Shown: one piece after another, positions 19,097 through 28,757 of the stretch | How positions within the stretch are numbered: the stretch's first letter is position 1 | Layout: each line of letters begins with the position of its first letter | Source: Candidatus Omnitrophota bacterium | GTDB lineage: Bacteria; Omnitrophota; Gorgyraeia; Zapsychrales; Zapsychraceae | NCBI GenBank assembly: GCA_015233195.1 | Contig: JADFYE010000014.1 | Location: 1 to 60,432 of the forward strand | Reading direction: 5' to 3' | DNA: 60,432 nt | The notes under the pieces: generated by a model | Seen by the model: the letters and a program-made list of their open reading frames with translations, nothing else | The model's database searches: none | Told to the model about the DNA's origin: nothing | Translations under genes and position numbers: made by a program

Positions 19097-20310
19097 TTAA
19101 TTCTCCAGAATTATTAGCTCCAGCTGGAGATTGGCCTTCGGTAAAAGCTGCGGTTGCGGGTGGGGCGGATAGTGTTTATTTCGGAGTTAAGAGTATTAAT
19201 ATGCGGCATTTAGCCACAAACTTCGACGCGCTTGAATTAAGTAAGGTTATGGATTTTTTGCGTGAACATAAACGCAAAGGTTATTTGACTTTAAATACTA
19301 TTTTAATGGACGGAGATTTAGCTAAAGCTGAGAATGTTTTGCAGGAAGCTAAAAAAGCCGGAGTGAACGCGATTATTTTATGGGATATGGCTGCTTTGAA
19401 AATGGCGAAAGATTTGGGATTGGAAATACATTTATCAACTCAAGCCAGCGTTGCGAATTATGAGGCGTTAAAATTTTATCAGGGTTTAGGGGTAAAGAGA
19501 GTAGTGTTGGCACGTGAATGCACGTTAGATGATATTACGCGTATAGTACAACTAAAACGCCGCGAAAATTTACCTTGTGAGATTGAGACTTTTATTCACG
19601 GTGCAATGTGCGTTAGTATAAGCGGCAGATGTTTTTTATCTCAATATTCGCATGGACGTTCTGCTAATAAAGGACAGTGTATTCAGCCTTGCCGCAGGGA
19701 ATATTTGATTAAAGATGTGGATCAGGAAGCGGAATTTATTTTAGGTCAGGATTATGTTTTGAGCCCTAAAGATTTATGTACTGTAGATTTTATTGACGAG
19801 CTGATTAAAGCTGGAATAGATTCATTTAAAATCGAAGGTCGGATGCGTTCGCCGGAATACATCAGAGTAGCAGTCGGGGTTTATCGTAAAGCAATTGATG
19901 CGTTTTATGAAGGCAAATTAGATGTGCCGTTAAAGAATGAATTGAAAGAGCAGTTGTATACAGTATATAATCGAGGGTTCTCGACCGGGTTTTATTTCGG
20001 TCAGCCGCAAGATGCAGTCAGCCGTACGCTGGAACATGAATATGAGAAAGTTTATATCGGCGAGGTAATGAAGTTTTTTAAAAAGATCAATGTGGCACAA
20101 ATCCGTCTGCAAGCCGCTGATCTTAATAAAGGTGATATTTTGATATTTATTGGGAAATCAACTCCCGCTGAATTTGTTACGGCTGAAGAGATCCAGAAGG
20201 ATAATGTTTTTATTGATAAAGCTGAACGGGGTATGCACATTGGGGTAAAAGTTCCATTCAATGTTAATCCGAGAGATAAAGTTTATATTTGGAAAAGGAG
20301 AATTAAATGA
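19093..20310 (+). CDS. U32 family protein (TrhP-like, Fe-S dependent RNA hydroxylation family)
   Basis: [35 protein letters not shown] and KIEGR motifs. Confidence 0.9.
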   Translation: MINSPELLAPAGDWPSVKAAVAGGADSVYFGVKSINMRHLATNFDALELSKVMDFLREHKRKGYLTLNTILMDGDLAKAENVLQEAKKAGVNAIILWDMAALKMAKDLGLEIHLSTQASVANYEALKFYQGLGVKRVVLARECTLDDITRIVQLKRRENLPCEIETFIHGAMCVSISGRCFLSQYSHGRSANKGQCIQPCRREYLIKDVDQEAEFILGQDYVLSPKDLCTVDFIDELIKAGIDSFKIEGRMRSPEYIRVAVGVYRKAIDAFYEGKLDVPLKNELKEQLYTVYNRGFSTGFYFGQPQDAVSRTLEHEYEKVYIGEVMKFFKKINVAQIRLQAADLNKGDILIFIGKSTPAEFVTAEEIQKDNVFIDKAERGMHIGVKVPFNVNPRDKVYIWKRRIK

Positions 20311-21698
20311 AAGAGATTAATGTTTACTTAGACCCTAAAGAAATGCCGCGTAAATGGTACAACTTGGCTGCTGATCTCCCGACGCCGATGCTTCCGCCTT
20401 TAACTGCGGATGGAAAACCAATTACGCCTGAATCTTTAGCTCCAGTATTCCCGATGAATTTGATTGAACAGGAAGTCAGTCATGAAAGATGGATCGATAT
20501 TCCGGAACCGGTTTTGGATATTTTATGCAGATGGCGTCCAGTCCCTTTACGTCGGGCGATTGGGTTAGAAGCTTATTTAAAAACTCCGGCGAGGATCTAT
20601 TATAAAGATGAAAGTGTAAGTCCCGCAGGAAGTCATAAGACTAATTCGGCGATACCACAAGCTTGGTACAACAAACAATTTGGGATTAAACGTTTAGTAA
20701 CTGAGACGGGGGCTGGGCAGTGGGGTACAGCATTATCATTAGCGTGTAATTTTATCGGGCTGGAATGTAAAGTTTATATGGTTAGGGTAAGTTTTGATCA
20801 AAAACCGATGCGTAAGACTTTAATGCAGATTTGGGGCGGGCATTGCGTCAGCAGTCCGAGCGAATATACTCATGCTGGACGAGAAATGTTGAAAAAAGAT
20901 CCTAATACTCCGGGTAGTTTGGGGATAGCGATTAGTGAGGCTATTGAAGAAGCGGTGTCAGATAAAAAGGGTACGACCCGTTATGCTTTAGGCAGCGTCT
21001 TGAATCATGTGCTTTTGCATCAGACTATAATTGGTTTGGAAGCTAAAAAACAATTGGCTTTGATAGGAGAGAAAACGCCGGATGTGGTTATTGGCTGCGC
21101 TGGAGGCGGAAGTAATTTCGCAGGCATTTCTTTCCCGTTCGTCGCTGATAAAATAAATGGTAGTAAGATCACGATTATACCTGTAGAATCAGCGTCTTGT
21201 CCTAAAATGACTAGAGGTGAATTTGCTTATGATTTTGGTGATACCGCAGGCATGACGCCGTTATTACCTATGAATACAATTGGTCATGATTTTGTTCCAG
21301 CGCCGGTTCATGCCGGAGGATTACGTTATCATGGTATGGCGCCTTTAGTGAGTCAGGCTGTGGTCGAAGGATTGCTAGCTCCTCGGGCGTGTGATCAGTT
21401 GGATGCTTATAAGGCTGCGGCTTTATGGGCTAAGACTGAAGGGATGATTTGTGCCCCTGAAACCAGTCACGCGATAGCCGCGACTATTGATGAGGCGATT
21501 AAAGCGCGTGAAGAAGGTAAAGAAAAAGTAATTTTATTCTCGTATAGCGGTCATGGGCTTTTAGATCTTATGGGATATGATAAATATTTGTCAGGGCAGT
21601 TAGAAGGTTATACTTTGCCGGATGAAGAATTAAAAGCGTCGATGCAGGTGTTGAAAAAAATGCCGAAAGCTAAAATACATAAAACCGGCAAATGGTAG
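20307..21698 (+). CDS. trpB2: Tryptophan synthase beta chain, type 2 (TrpB2)
   Basis: GSHKTN PLP-lysine motif, [28 protein letters not shown] and APET; long TrpB2-type N-terminus. Confidence 0.93.
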   Translation: MKEINVYLDPKEMPRKWYNLAADLPTPMLPPLTADGKPITPESLAPVFPMNLIEQEVSHERWIDIPEPVLDILCRWRPVPLRRAIGLEAYLKTPARIYYKDESVSPAGSHKTNSAIPQAWYNKQFGIKRLVTETGAGQWGTALSLACNFIGLECKVYMVRVSFDQKPMRKTLMQIWGGHCVSSPSEYTHAGREMLKKDPNTPGSLGIAISEAIEEAVSDKKGTTRYALGSVLNHVLLHQTIIGLEAKKQLALIGEKTPDVVIGCAGGGSNFAGISFPFVADKINGSKITIIPVESASCPKMTRGEFAYDFGDTAGMTPLLPMNTIGHDFVPAPVHAGGLRYHGMAPLVSQAVVEGLLAPRACDQLDAYKAAALWAKTEGMICAPETSHAIAATIDEAIKAREEGKEKVILFSYSGHGLLDLMGYDKYLSGQLEGYTLPDEELKASMQVLKKMPKAKIHKTGKW

Positions 21699-21710
21699 GG
21701 TGAAGGAAAT

Positions 21711-22991
21711 ATGAAAAAAAATGATAAATTTCAATATGTTGGTTTGGCTGTGGTTTTGATCGTCGGTGTCTATTTTATAATCGGTGGATTGCGACCTGAG
21801 GATATGAAACAAAATAACACGAAATTAGCGCAGATATTAAATAAAATCAAAGGTAAAGTGCCAGCAGCAGTTATTAGTGAAGTAGCGGCTCCGGATATTG
21901 AGGGCAAATATAGTGTTTTTACTTCAAAGATCGGGTCAGCAACAAAAGAAGTGCTGCCTAAATTAGAAAAATTAAATATGTTATTTTCTAACAATGCGTC
22001 TAAAGGTAATGCTTTGTCTATTCAATTGGAAAATGACAGAAAGATTTTGGAAAATGATTTACTCGACTTAAGACTTATCAGCAATCAATTTTTACAGGAT
22101 TTGCCTGAGGATGTAAAAGTTGATGTTTCGATAAAATATTCCGCATTTAAGAAAAAAGTCGTGGAGTTGTTCGCGGGTATAGAAAAAAATATGCCGGATT
22201 TGGTAATGCGTAGAACTAAATTTTTTGAACAGTTAGATCAAGTTGTTTTGGATAATAAATTTATTGATGGAGAATCGTGCTCTAATCGAGTCAGCTGCGG
22301 GCAGAAATTATTTGAATATTTTGGTCAGGATATCCGCGACTATGATTTGGATGCGGTAACCCGGAAGTATTCGGTAGTTAAAATGTGGAATGAGATGTGG
22401 GATATATTAAAACGTGAGACGGATTTGTTGCAGAGAAACACCGTTGGCACTTATGAAACTGTTTTGAGCTCAAATGAACAGATGTTAAATATTATAAATT
22501 CTATAGTGTCTAAGCAAAGTCGATCTGGAAAAGCCATTGACCTCTTGAATGGCTGGTTGATTCAAACGGAAGATTATTGGAGTAATTTGCGTTTAGGTCA
22601 GGAACGTTTTTTGCAGAATAATAAAGTTTTTTGGGACGGGTTAGGTTTAATTAAAGAAGCGCTTGGTGATGCGGATTTAGGAGAAACCGGAGCGCTGATG
22701 AAACCCCAGATTCAGGATATTACAGAAGCGGAACAATTAATAGCTGATATTTCGCTGCAGAATAAAGATGTAGACGTGGGATTTGACGATATGATGTCAG
22801 CGTCATGGTCGATTTTTAGTATGGCGTACAATAAATGGGGGAAAGGCGATAATATTGTTACAGATTGGCAGGAAAGGCAAAGATCTTTCAATCAGAAAAT
22901 ACTGGGTGCTGCTGTAGACACTTCAGAGTTGAAAAATCGTTTGATCAGAATATTAAATGAATTAGGCACTTTAAAAGAGAAAGCAGGCTAG
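21711..22991 (+). CDS. Hypothetical membrane-anchored, largely helical protein
   Basis: 426-aa ORF with an N-terminal TM and an SD; no family recognised. Confidence 0.7.
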   Translation: MKKNDKFQYVGLAVVLIVGVYFIIGGLRPEDMKQNNTKLAQILNKIKGKVPAAVISEVAAPDIEGKYSVFTSKIGSATKEVLPKLEKLNMLFSNNASKGNALSIQLENDRKILENDLLDLRLISNQFLQDLPEDVKVDVSIKYSAFKKKVVELFAGIEKNMPDLVMRRTKFFEQLDQVVLDNKFIDGESCSNRVSCGQKLFEYFGQDIRDYDLDAVTRKYSVVKMWNEMWDILKRETDLLQRNTVGTYETVLSSNEQMLNIINSIVSKQSRSGKAIDLLNGWLIQTEDYWSNLRLGQERFLQNNKVFWDGLGLIKEALGDADLGETGALMKPQIQDITEAEQLIADISLQNKDVDVGFDDMMSASWSIFSMAYNKWGKGDNIVTDWQERQRSFNQKILGAAVDTSELKNRLIRILNELGTLKEKAG

Positions 22992-24065
22992 ATGGAAATA
23001 GGTATTGTAGGTTTACCAAATGTTGGAAAGTCATCATTGTTTAATGCTTTGACCGGCGCTGGAGTAGCAGCGGAAAATTTTCCCTTCACAACCATTGAGC
23101 CTAATGTTGGAGTAGTGCCTATACCGGATGCGAGGCTGGATCATTTAGGGAAAGAATTTAACAGCCAGAAAATTACTCCGTCGGGAATAAGGTTTGTGGA
23201 CATTGCTGGGTTAGTAAAAGGCGCGAGCCAAGGAGAAGGTTTAGGAAATAAATTTTTAGGAAATATCCGTTCAGTCGAAGCTGTGGCGCATGTGGTGCGT
23301 TGTTTTGTAGACGATAATGTGGTTAATGTTATGTCGCAATTAGATCCGGTTTCTGCAGCTGAGACTATTGAAACTGAATTGTTATTAGCCGATCTTCAGC
23401 AGATTGAGAAAAGTATTGACCGGGTGCGCAAAACCGCGAAAGCCGGCGACCGTGAATCACAAAAAAAATGCGAAGTTTTGGATGTGGTAGTAGCTGAATT
23501 AGGTAAAGGCATTCCAGTCCGTCGCCAAAAAGTAGATATGGAGTTAATACGCGAGTATCAGTTATTGACTGCTAAACCGATGATGTATGTCGCAAATATT
23601 GATGAAGCTAATTCCAGACCGGATCTGGTCGAAGCTTTGCAAGCTAGGGCAGAAAAAGAAGGCGCTGGTATTGTGGTTTTATGTACGAAAATAGAGGCGG
23701 AAATTATTCAGCTTCCGCCGGAGGAGCGGGAAGAATTTTATGAGACTGCCGGAATTACTGAACCAGGATTGCATCGTTTGGCAAGGGAAGGACAAAAATT
23801 ATTGAAACAGATTTGTTTCTTAACTGCAGGAGAGAAGGAGACCCGGTCTTGGATAATTTCTGAGGGGACTAAAGCTCCGCAAGCTGCAGGTAAGATTCAT
23901 TCTGATATTGAACGCGGGTTTATCCGCGCGGAAATTTATAAATACGCGGATTTTGAAAGATTAGGTTCGTATAAAGCTGTCGTGGAGAATAAACTTATTT
24001 CGCTCGAGGGTAAAGAGTATGTGATGAAGGATGGGGACGTGGTGAATTTTAGGTTTAGTGTTTAA
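22992..24065 (+). CDS. ychF: Redox-regulated ATPase YchF
   Basis: GIVGLPNVGKS, FPFTTIEPN, DIAGLV, AAGKIHSD and EGKEYVMKDGD motifs. Confidence 0.97.
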   Translation: MEIGIVGLPNVGKSSLFNALTGAGVAAENFPFTTIEPNVGVVPIPDARLDHLGKEFNSQKITPSGIRFVDIAGLVKGASQGEGLGNKFLGNIRSVEAVAHVVRCFVDDNVVNVMSQLDPVSAAETIETELLLADLQQIEKSIDRVRKTAKAGDRESQKKCEVLDVVVAELGKGIPVRRQKVDMELIREYQLLTAKPMMYVANIDEANSRPDLVEALQARAEKEGAGIVVLCTKIEAEIIQLPPEEREEFYETAGITEPGLHRLAREGQKLLKQICFLTAGEKETRSWIISEGTKAPQAAGKIHSDIERGFIRAEIYKYADFERLGSYKAVVENKLISLEGKEYVMKDGDVVNFRFSV

Positions 24066-24092
24066 GAAATTATTGAGAGTTTTAAAGTCATC

Positions 24093-24217
24093 GGTATTTT
24101 GCGTAACGCTGGTTAGCCCCTGCGAGGCTAAACTGCGCTCGAAGATAATTCTCGCTCTCGTACGGTAAAGCGTGTACGAACCGTGCCCGCTCGAATTATC
24201 TACGTACGCTTAATACC
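24093..24217. repeat. ~120-nt multi-stem structured element, copy 1
   Basis: Terminal GGTATT/AATACC with nested stems; reverse-complement homologue at 56321-56441. Confidence 0.8.
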
Positions 24218-24248
24218 TCTGACTATAAAATATTTTATAAAATATTAG

Positions 24249-24287
24249 TTCCCTCTCCAGCCTCTGGGGAGAGGGTGGGGTGAGGGG
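24249..24287 (+). repeat. C/G-rich REP-like palindrome, singlet
   Basis: TTCCCTCTCCAGCCTCTGGGGAGAGGGTGGGGTGAGGGG; the first 28 nt are identical to 36981-37008. Confidence 0.85.
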
Positions 24288-24294
24288 AGGGAAT

Positions 24295-25203
24295 ATGAAA
24301 ATAGGATTTGTCGGTCTGGGCCGGATGGGTTTGAATATGGTTCAGCGTTTGTTGAATGATGGGCATGAGATTGTGGCATATGCGCGTAAAGAATCTTCCC
24401 GCGAACCTGCTAAAAAAATGGGAGCTGAAACTGTGGCTTCACTTGAAGCACTGGTCGATAAATTGGAGGCTCCTCGAAAGATTTGGGTAATGGTGCCTGA
24501 AGGTGAAGCTACTGAAGAGACTATCCGGGAATTATGGAATCTGCTGGATAAGGGCGATATTGTGGTTGATGGCGGTAATTCAAATTATAAAGATTCTATT
24601 CGTCGGGCTAAAACTTATATTCCCAAGGGGCTGGGATTTATTGATTGCGGTACCAGCGGCGGGATATGGGGTTTGAAAATTGGTTATTGTCTGATGTATG
24701 GGGGAGAAAAAGAATTTGTTGCTCAGTTAGAGCCGGTATTTAAATCATTAGCGCCCAAGGACGGATATTTACACGTCGGACCAAGCGGGTCAGGGCATTT
24801 TGTTAAGATGATGCATAATGGAATTGAATACGCGATTCTGCAGGCGTACGCGGAAGGGTTTGAGATTTTAAATGCTAAAAAAGAATTTAATATTGATCTT
24901 CCGTCTGTGGCGCATTTGTGGAATCAAGGGAGTGTGGTTAGGTCATGGCTTTTGGAATTGGCAGAAGACGCTTTGAAAAAAGATCCGAAATTGGAAAATA
25001 TTAAAGGTTACGTTGACGATTCTGGTGAGGGACGCTGGAGTGCTAAAGAAGCAATTGATATTGATGTGCCTGCGCCGACTATTACTTTGGCGTTGTTTGA
25101 GCGTTTTCGTTCTCGTCAGGAACAATCGTTTGGGAATAAGTTTATTGCGGCGTTGAGGAATGAATTCGGCGGGCATGAGGTGAAAAAAAGTGGGCGAATT
25201 TGA
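24295..25203 (+). CDS. gnd: 6-phosphogluconate dehydrogenase, decarboxylating (short form)
   Basis: GLGRMG, DGGNS, GHFVKMMHNGIEY, DSGEGRW and RNEFGGH motifs; start at ATG 24295. Confidence 0.95.
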   Translation: MKIGFVGLGRMGLNMVQRLLNDGHEIVAYARKESSREPAKKMGAETVASLEALVDKLEAPRKIWVMVPEGEATEETIRELWNLLDKGDIVVDGGNSNYKDSIRRAKTYIPKGLGFIDCGTSGGIWGLKIGYCLMYGGEKEFVAQLEPVFKSLAPKDGYLHVGPSGSGHFVKMMHNGIEYAILQAYAEGFEILNAKKEFNIDLPSVAHLWNQGSVVRSWLLELAEDALKKDPKLENIKGYVDDSGEGRWSAKEAIDIDVPAPTITLALFERFRSRQEQSFGNKFIAALRNEFGGHEVKKSGRI

Positions 25204-26698
25204 ATTTGATCCTTCAGCATTGAAACAAAAGCGCGATCCTTGTGAAGAAGCAGCAGAGCATAAGGTCGAGCCTTTTGTGTTGGTTATTTTTGGTGGTACT
25301 GGGGATTTAAGCCGCAAGAAACTTTTGCCTTCTTTATATGAATTATTTTTTAAAGCTAAATTAGTTGATGAATTCTCCGTCCTTGCAGTAGGTTCCCGCA
25401 AATTTTCAGACGATGAATTCCGAAACCTAGCGTTGGATGCTATTAAGCAGTATGGAACATCGTCTATAGATCTTTCCCGCGTTCAAGATTTTCTAAAACA
25501 TTTACATTATTACAGCCATGATCTTAATCAAGACGGGCATTATGGCGAATTGTGTGACCGCTTAACTCAAATTTGCAATTCTCACCAGGTTCCGGTAAAA
25601 AATACAGTTTATTATTTAGCAGTTCATCCGGAAATGGTTGCAGAAGTCATTGAGCGTTTGCGTAAAGTCGAGATGTGCCATAACACTCCTAACAGTAAAA
25701 TTATTATTGAAAAACCTTTTGGTACTGACCGGGTTTCTGCTGAAACGCTGAACACTCAGTTAAGTAAAGTTTTTGGTGAGGAACAGATTTATCGGATGGA
25801 TCATTATTTAGGCAAAGATACAGTCCAGAATATTTTATTTTTCCGTTTTGGTAACAGCATCTTAGAACCATTGTGGAATAGGAATTATATTGAACGGGTG
25901 GATATAATTGTAGACGAAGATATTGGAGTTGAGGCGCGGGGTAAGTTGTATGAACAGTCGGGTATAGTACGCGATGTGGTGCAGAATCATGCTTTACAAA
26001 TTTTATCGTTAATAGCGATGGAACCTCCGGCAGGATTTGATGCTGAGCTTATTCGCGACGAGAAAGTTAATGTTTTACGCCATGTACGTAAACTCAGCAA
26101 AGAACACATTGTTAAATTTATGGTACGCGGACAATACAGGGAAGGGACGGTACAAGGGCAAAAAGTAGTTGGGTATCGTCAAGAACCTAATGTTGCTTCA
26201 AACTCAAACACGCCTACATTTTTTTCTGGTAAATTTTTTATCGATAACAGCAGATGGGCGGACGTTCCCTTTAATATACGCGCAGGTAAACGTCTGGCAG
26301 AGCGAAAAACTGAAGTTGTGATATCTTTTAAATTTCCGGCTTTACGTTTATTTGGTAATTCTTGCAAAGATTTGCATGCTAATGAATTGATTTTTAAGAT
26401 CCAGCCTCAAGAAAAAATTTGCTGGCATTTGAATGTTAAACGTCCGGGTATGGGCAATTATCCGCAAACTGTGCCTATGGTTTTTGATTATGATGTTATG
26501 TTCAACGAAAAACGTTTGCCGCCGTATGAACGTTTGTTAGCAGATTGTATAAGAGGCGATGCTATGCTTTTTGCGCGGCGAGACGAGGTAGAAGCAATGT
26601 GGTCGATAGTTGACCCGATCAACGCATTTTGGGACAATAATCCAGCGCAGGATTTTCCGAATTATGCTGCAGGAACTTTTGGACCAGTGCTGAAGTAA
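25190..26698 (+). CDS. zwf: Glucose-6-phosphate 1-dehydrogenase
   Basis: FGGTGDL, EKPFG, RMDHYLGK and RDVVQNH motifs. Confidence 0.96.
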   Translation: MGEFEFDPSALKQKRDPCEEAAEHKVEPFVLVIFGGTGDLSRKKLLPSLYELFFKAKLVDEFSVLAVGSRKFSDDEFRNLALDAIKQYGTSSIDLSRVQDFLKHLHYYSHDLNQDGHYGELCDRLTQICNSHQVPVKNTVYYLAVHPEMVAEVIERLRKVEMCHNTPNSKIIIEKPFGTDRVSAETLNTQLSKVFGEEQIYRMDHYLGKDTVQNILFFRFGNSILEPLWNRNYIERVDIIVDEDIGVEARGKLYEQSGIVRDVVQNHALQILSLIAMEPPAGFDAELIRDEKVNVLRHVRKLSKEHIVKFMVRGQYREGTVQGQKVVGYRQEPNVASNSNTPTFFSGKFFIDNSRWADVPFNIRAGKRLAERKTEVVISFKFPALRLFGNSCKDLHANELIFKIQPQEKICWHLNVKRPGMGNYPQTVPMVFDYDVMFNEKRLPPYERLLADCIRGDAMLFARRDEVEAMWSIVDPINAFWDNNPAQDFPNYAAGTFGPVLK

Positions 26699-26717
26699 AA
26701 AATAAAAGTTAAAATGA

Positions 26718-26849
26718 TCCCCTCTCCAACCTCCGGGGAGAGGGTAGGGTGAGGGGAATAGTTTTTGAAATAAAATTTTTATATTGTTTTGTCTGTCTTT
26801 TAAAAATAACCCCTCATCCTAACCTTCTCCCCAGAGGCGGGAGAAGGGA
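26718..26849. mobile_element. REPIN/MITE-like doublet of the C/G-rich palindrome
   Basis: Copy at 26718-26756 and inverted copy at 26810-26849 around an AT-rich spacer of ~53 nt; same arrangement as the DUF559 flanks. Confidence 0.7.
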
Positions 26850-26885
26850 GCAAAAAGAGAATAATTAAAAATTTAAATATTATTT

Positions 26886-27590
26886 ATGCCAAAAACAAAA
26901 TCCCATTCTAATGTTGTTATAAATTTTTTAAGTGAAGCACAGGCTGCTTTGATAATTATCGTGCTCAATTGCATGATGTTTTGGTATGTTTATCATTCGG
27001 CTCTTCCTAAACCTCCAGTTCAAGATTTAATTTTATATCCCGGAAATTTATTGCGGGGTTATTTGTGGACGATACTTACTTCAGGATTCATGCACCGCGA
27101 TCTGATGCATTTATTTTTTAATATGCTCGGGATTTTAGTTTTTGGTCGGATAGTGGAAAGACAGTTAGGTGTGGCAAAAACTTTTTATGTATATTTTGGG
27201 GCGCTTTTTATATCCATGCTTTGCGCGACCATGGCGTATATGATGTTAGGCAGGAACGTGGCGCTTATTGGCGCTTCCGGCGCTCTGATGGGGTTAATAT
27301 CAGCCGCAATGTTGCTTGACCCATTTACTATTACTTATGAAATGATAATTCCTTTGCCAGTAATGTTAAAAGCCTGGCTGTTTTTTTACGCGGATTTTAG
27401 AGGGGTTTTAAGTCGGGTTAACGACGGAGTAAGCCATTTCGCGCATATATTTGGATTTTTATCAATTTCAGTTTTGATGTATTGGCTTTCCGTAAAAGAA
27501 CGCAAAAAAATGACAGTAGGATTAATCATTAACATAGCATCTTTCTTCGCGTTATTTTTGATTAGGAAATGGATATACAGTTATCTATGA
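26886..27590 (+). CDS. Rhomboid family intramembrane serine protease
   Basis: FMH, HLFFNM, GASG and HFAHIFG motifs; multi-TM. Confidence 0.92.
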   Translation: MPKTKSHSNVVINFLSEAQAALIIIVLNCMMFWYVYHSALPKPPVQDLILYPGNLLRGYLWTILTSGFMHRDLMHLFFNMLGILVFGRIVERQLGVAKTFYVYFGALFISMLCATMAYMMLGRNVALIGASGALMGLISAAMLLDPFTITYEMIIPLPVMLKAWLFFYADFRGVLSRVNDGVSHFAHIFGFLSISVLMYWLSVKERKKMTVGLIINIASFFALFLIRKWIYSYL

Positions 27591-28750
27591 CCTTTATTTT
27601 ACACATCGACATGGACGCATTTTTTGCTGCTGTAGAACAGCGGGATGATCCTAGATTATTAGGGAAGCCAGTTATTATCGGCGCTGATCCGCAGGGAGGA
27701 AAAGGTCGCGGTGTGGTCTCGACTTGTTCGTATGAAGCGCGGAAATTTGGAGTGCATTCAGCAATGCCAATTTCGCAGGCTTTTAAGAAATGTCCAAAAG
27801 GATTTTTTTTACAGCCGGATATGGATAAATATAGCCGGGTGTCTGCTGAGATCATGAAAATTTTGTATGATTTCACGCCTGAGATTGAGCAGGTGAGTGT
27901 TGATGAGGCATTTTTAGATATTACCGGTTCATATCATTTATGGAAAACACCTTTGGCTGTCGGGCAAAGCATTAAAGCCCGGATTAAAAAAGATTTAGAT
28001 TTGAACTGTTCGATTGGCATTGCGTCTAATAAAATGATAGCAAAAATCGCGTCTGATTATTGCAAACCTAATGGGCTTTTGCAGATTAATGCTGAACAAA
28101 TTTTGGAATTTTTGTGGCCGCTTACTGTTGATAAAATTTGGGGAGTAGGCGCTAAGACAAAAGAGATATTGAATAATTCCGGCATATTCACAGTCGGGGA
28201 TATGGCGCACACGTCAAGAGAATTATTGCGGTCGCGCTTAGGCGAGCATGGTTTGGATTTGTATGAATTAGCCAATGGCATAGACGATCGAGGCGTAGTT
28301 TTAGAACATGATGTAAAATCTGTAAGTAATGAATATACTTTTGATGAAGATACAAATAATAAAGAGGAGCTGTATAAAACCATTTCTTATCTTTGTGAAA
28401 AAGTGTCATATCGTCTAAGACAGGATGAATTAAAGGGAAAAACTATAACTGTAAAAATCCGGACTGGTGCTTTTAAAACTGTTACCCGTTCCCGTACTTT
28501 AGACGACCGGACTAATTTTTTTGATGATATTTATAAAAACTCAAAACAATTGTTTGATGAATATTTTGGGTCTTTACCGTCTAAGGAAGTAGTTCGTTTG
28601 ATTGGGGTGCGGGTAGCAAATTTTGAAGAAAATTTTGTTCAGGATAGTTTGTTTGAACCAGCGCTGGATATTAAAAAAGAAAAAGTTCATCAGGTAATGG
28701 ATAAGATAAAAAATAAATTTGGCGAGGGAGTTATTGGACGAGGAAGATAA
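27587..28750 (+). CDS. dinB: DNA polymerase IV
   Basis: HIDMDAFFAAVE, SYEARKFG, SVDEAFLD and AKIASDYCKPNG motifs; start at ATG 27587. Confidence 0.96.
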   Translation: MTFILHIDMDAFFAAVEQRDDPRLLGKPVIIGADPQGGKGRGVVSTCSYEARKFGVHSAMPISQAFKKCPKGFFLQPDMDKYSRVSAEIMKILYDFTPEIEQVSVDEAFLDITGSYHLWKTPLAVGQSIKARIKKDLDLNCSIGIASNKMIAKIASDYCKPNGLLQINAEQILEFLWPLTVDKIWGVGAKTKEILNNSGIFTVGDMAHTSRELLRSRLGEHGLDLYELANGIDDRGVVLEHDVKSVSNEYTFDEDTNNKEELYKTISYLCEKVSYRLRQDELKGKTITVKIRTGAFKTVTRSRTLDDRTNFFDDIYKNSKQLFDEYFGSLPSKEVVRLIGVRVANFEENFVQDSLFEPALDIKKEKVHQVMDKIKNKFGEGVIGRGR

Positions 28751-28757
28751 AAATTTT

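Noticed and set aside
24295-26698. Absence of pgl beside gnd-zwf, and of lpd beside gcv
   Set aside because: These genes are commonly located elsewhere, so their absence is uninformative from one window.
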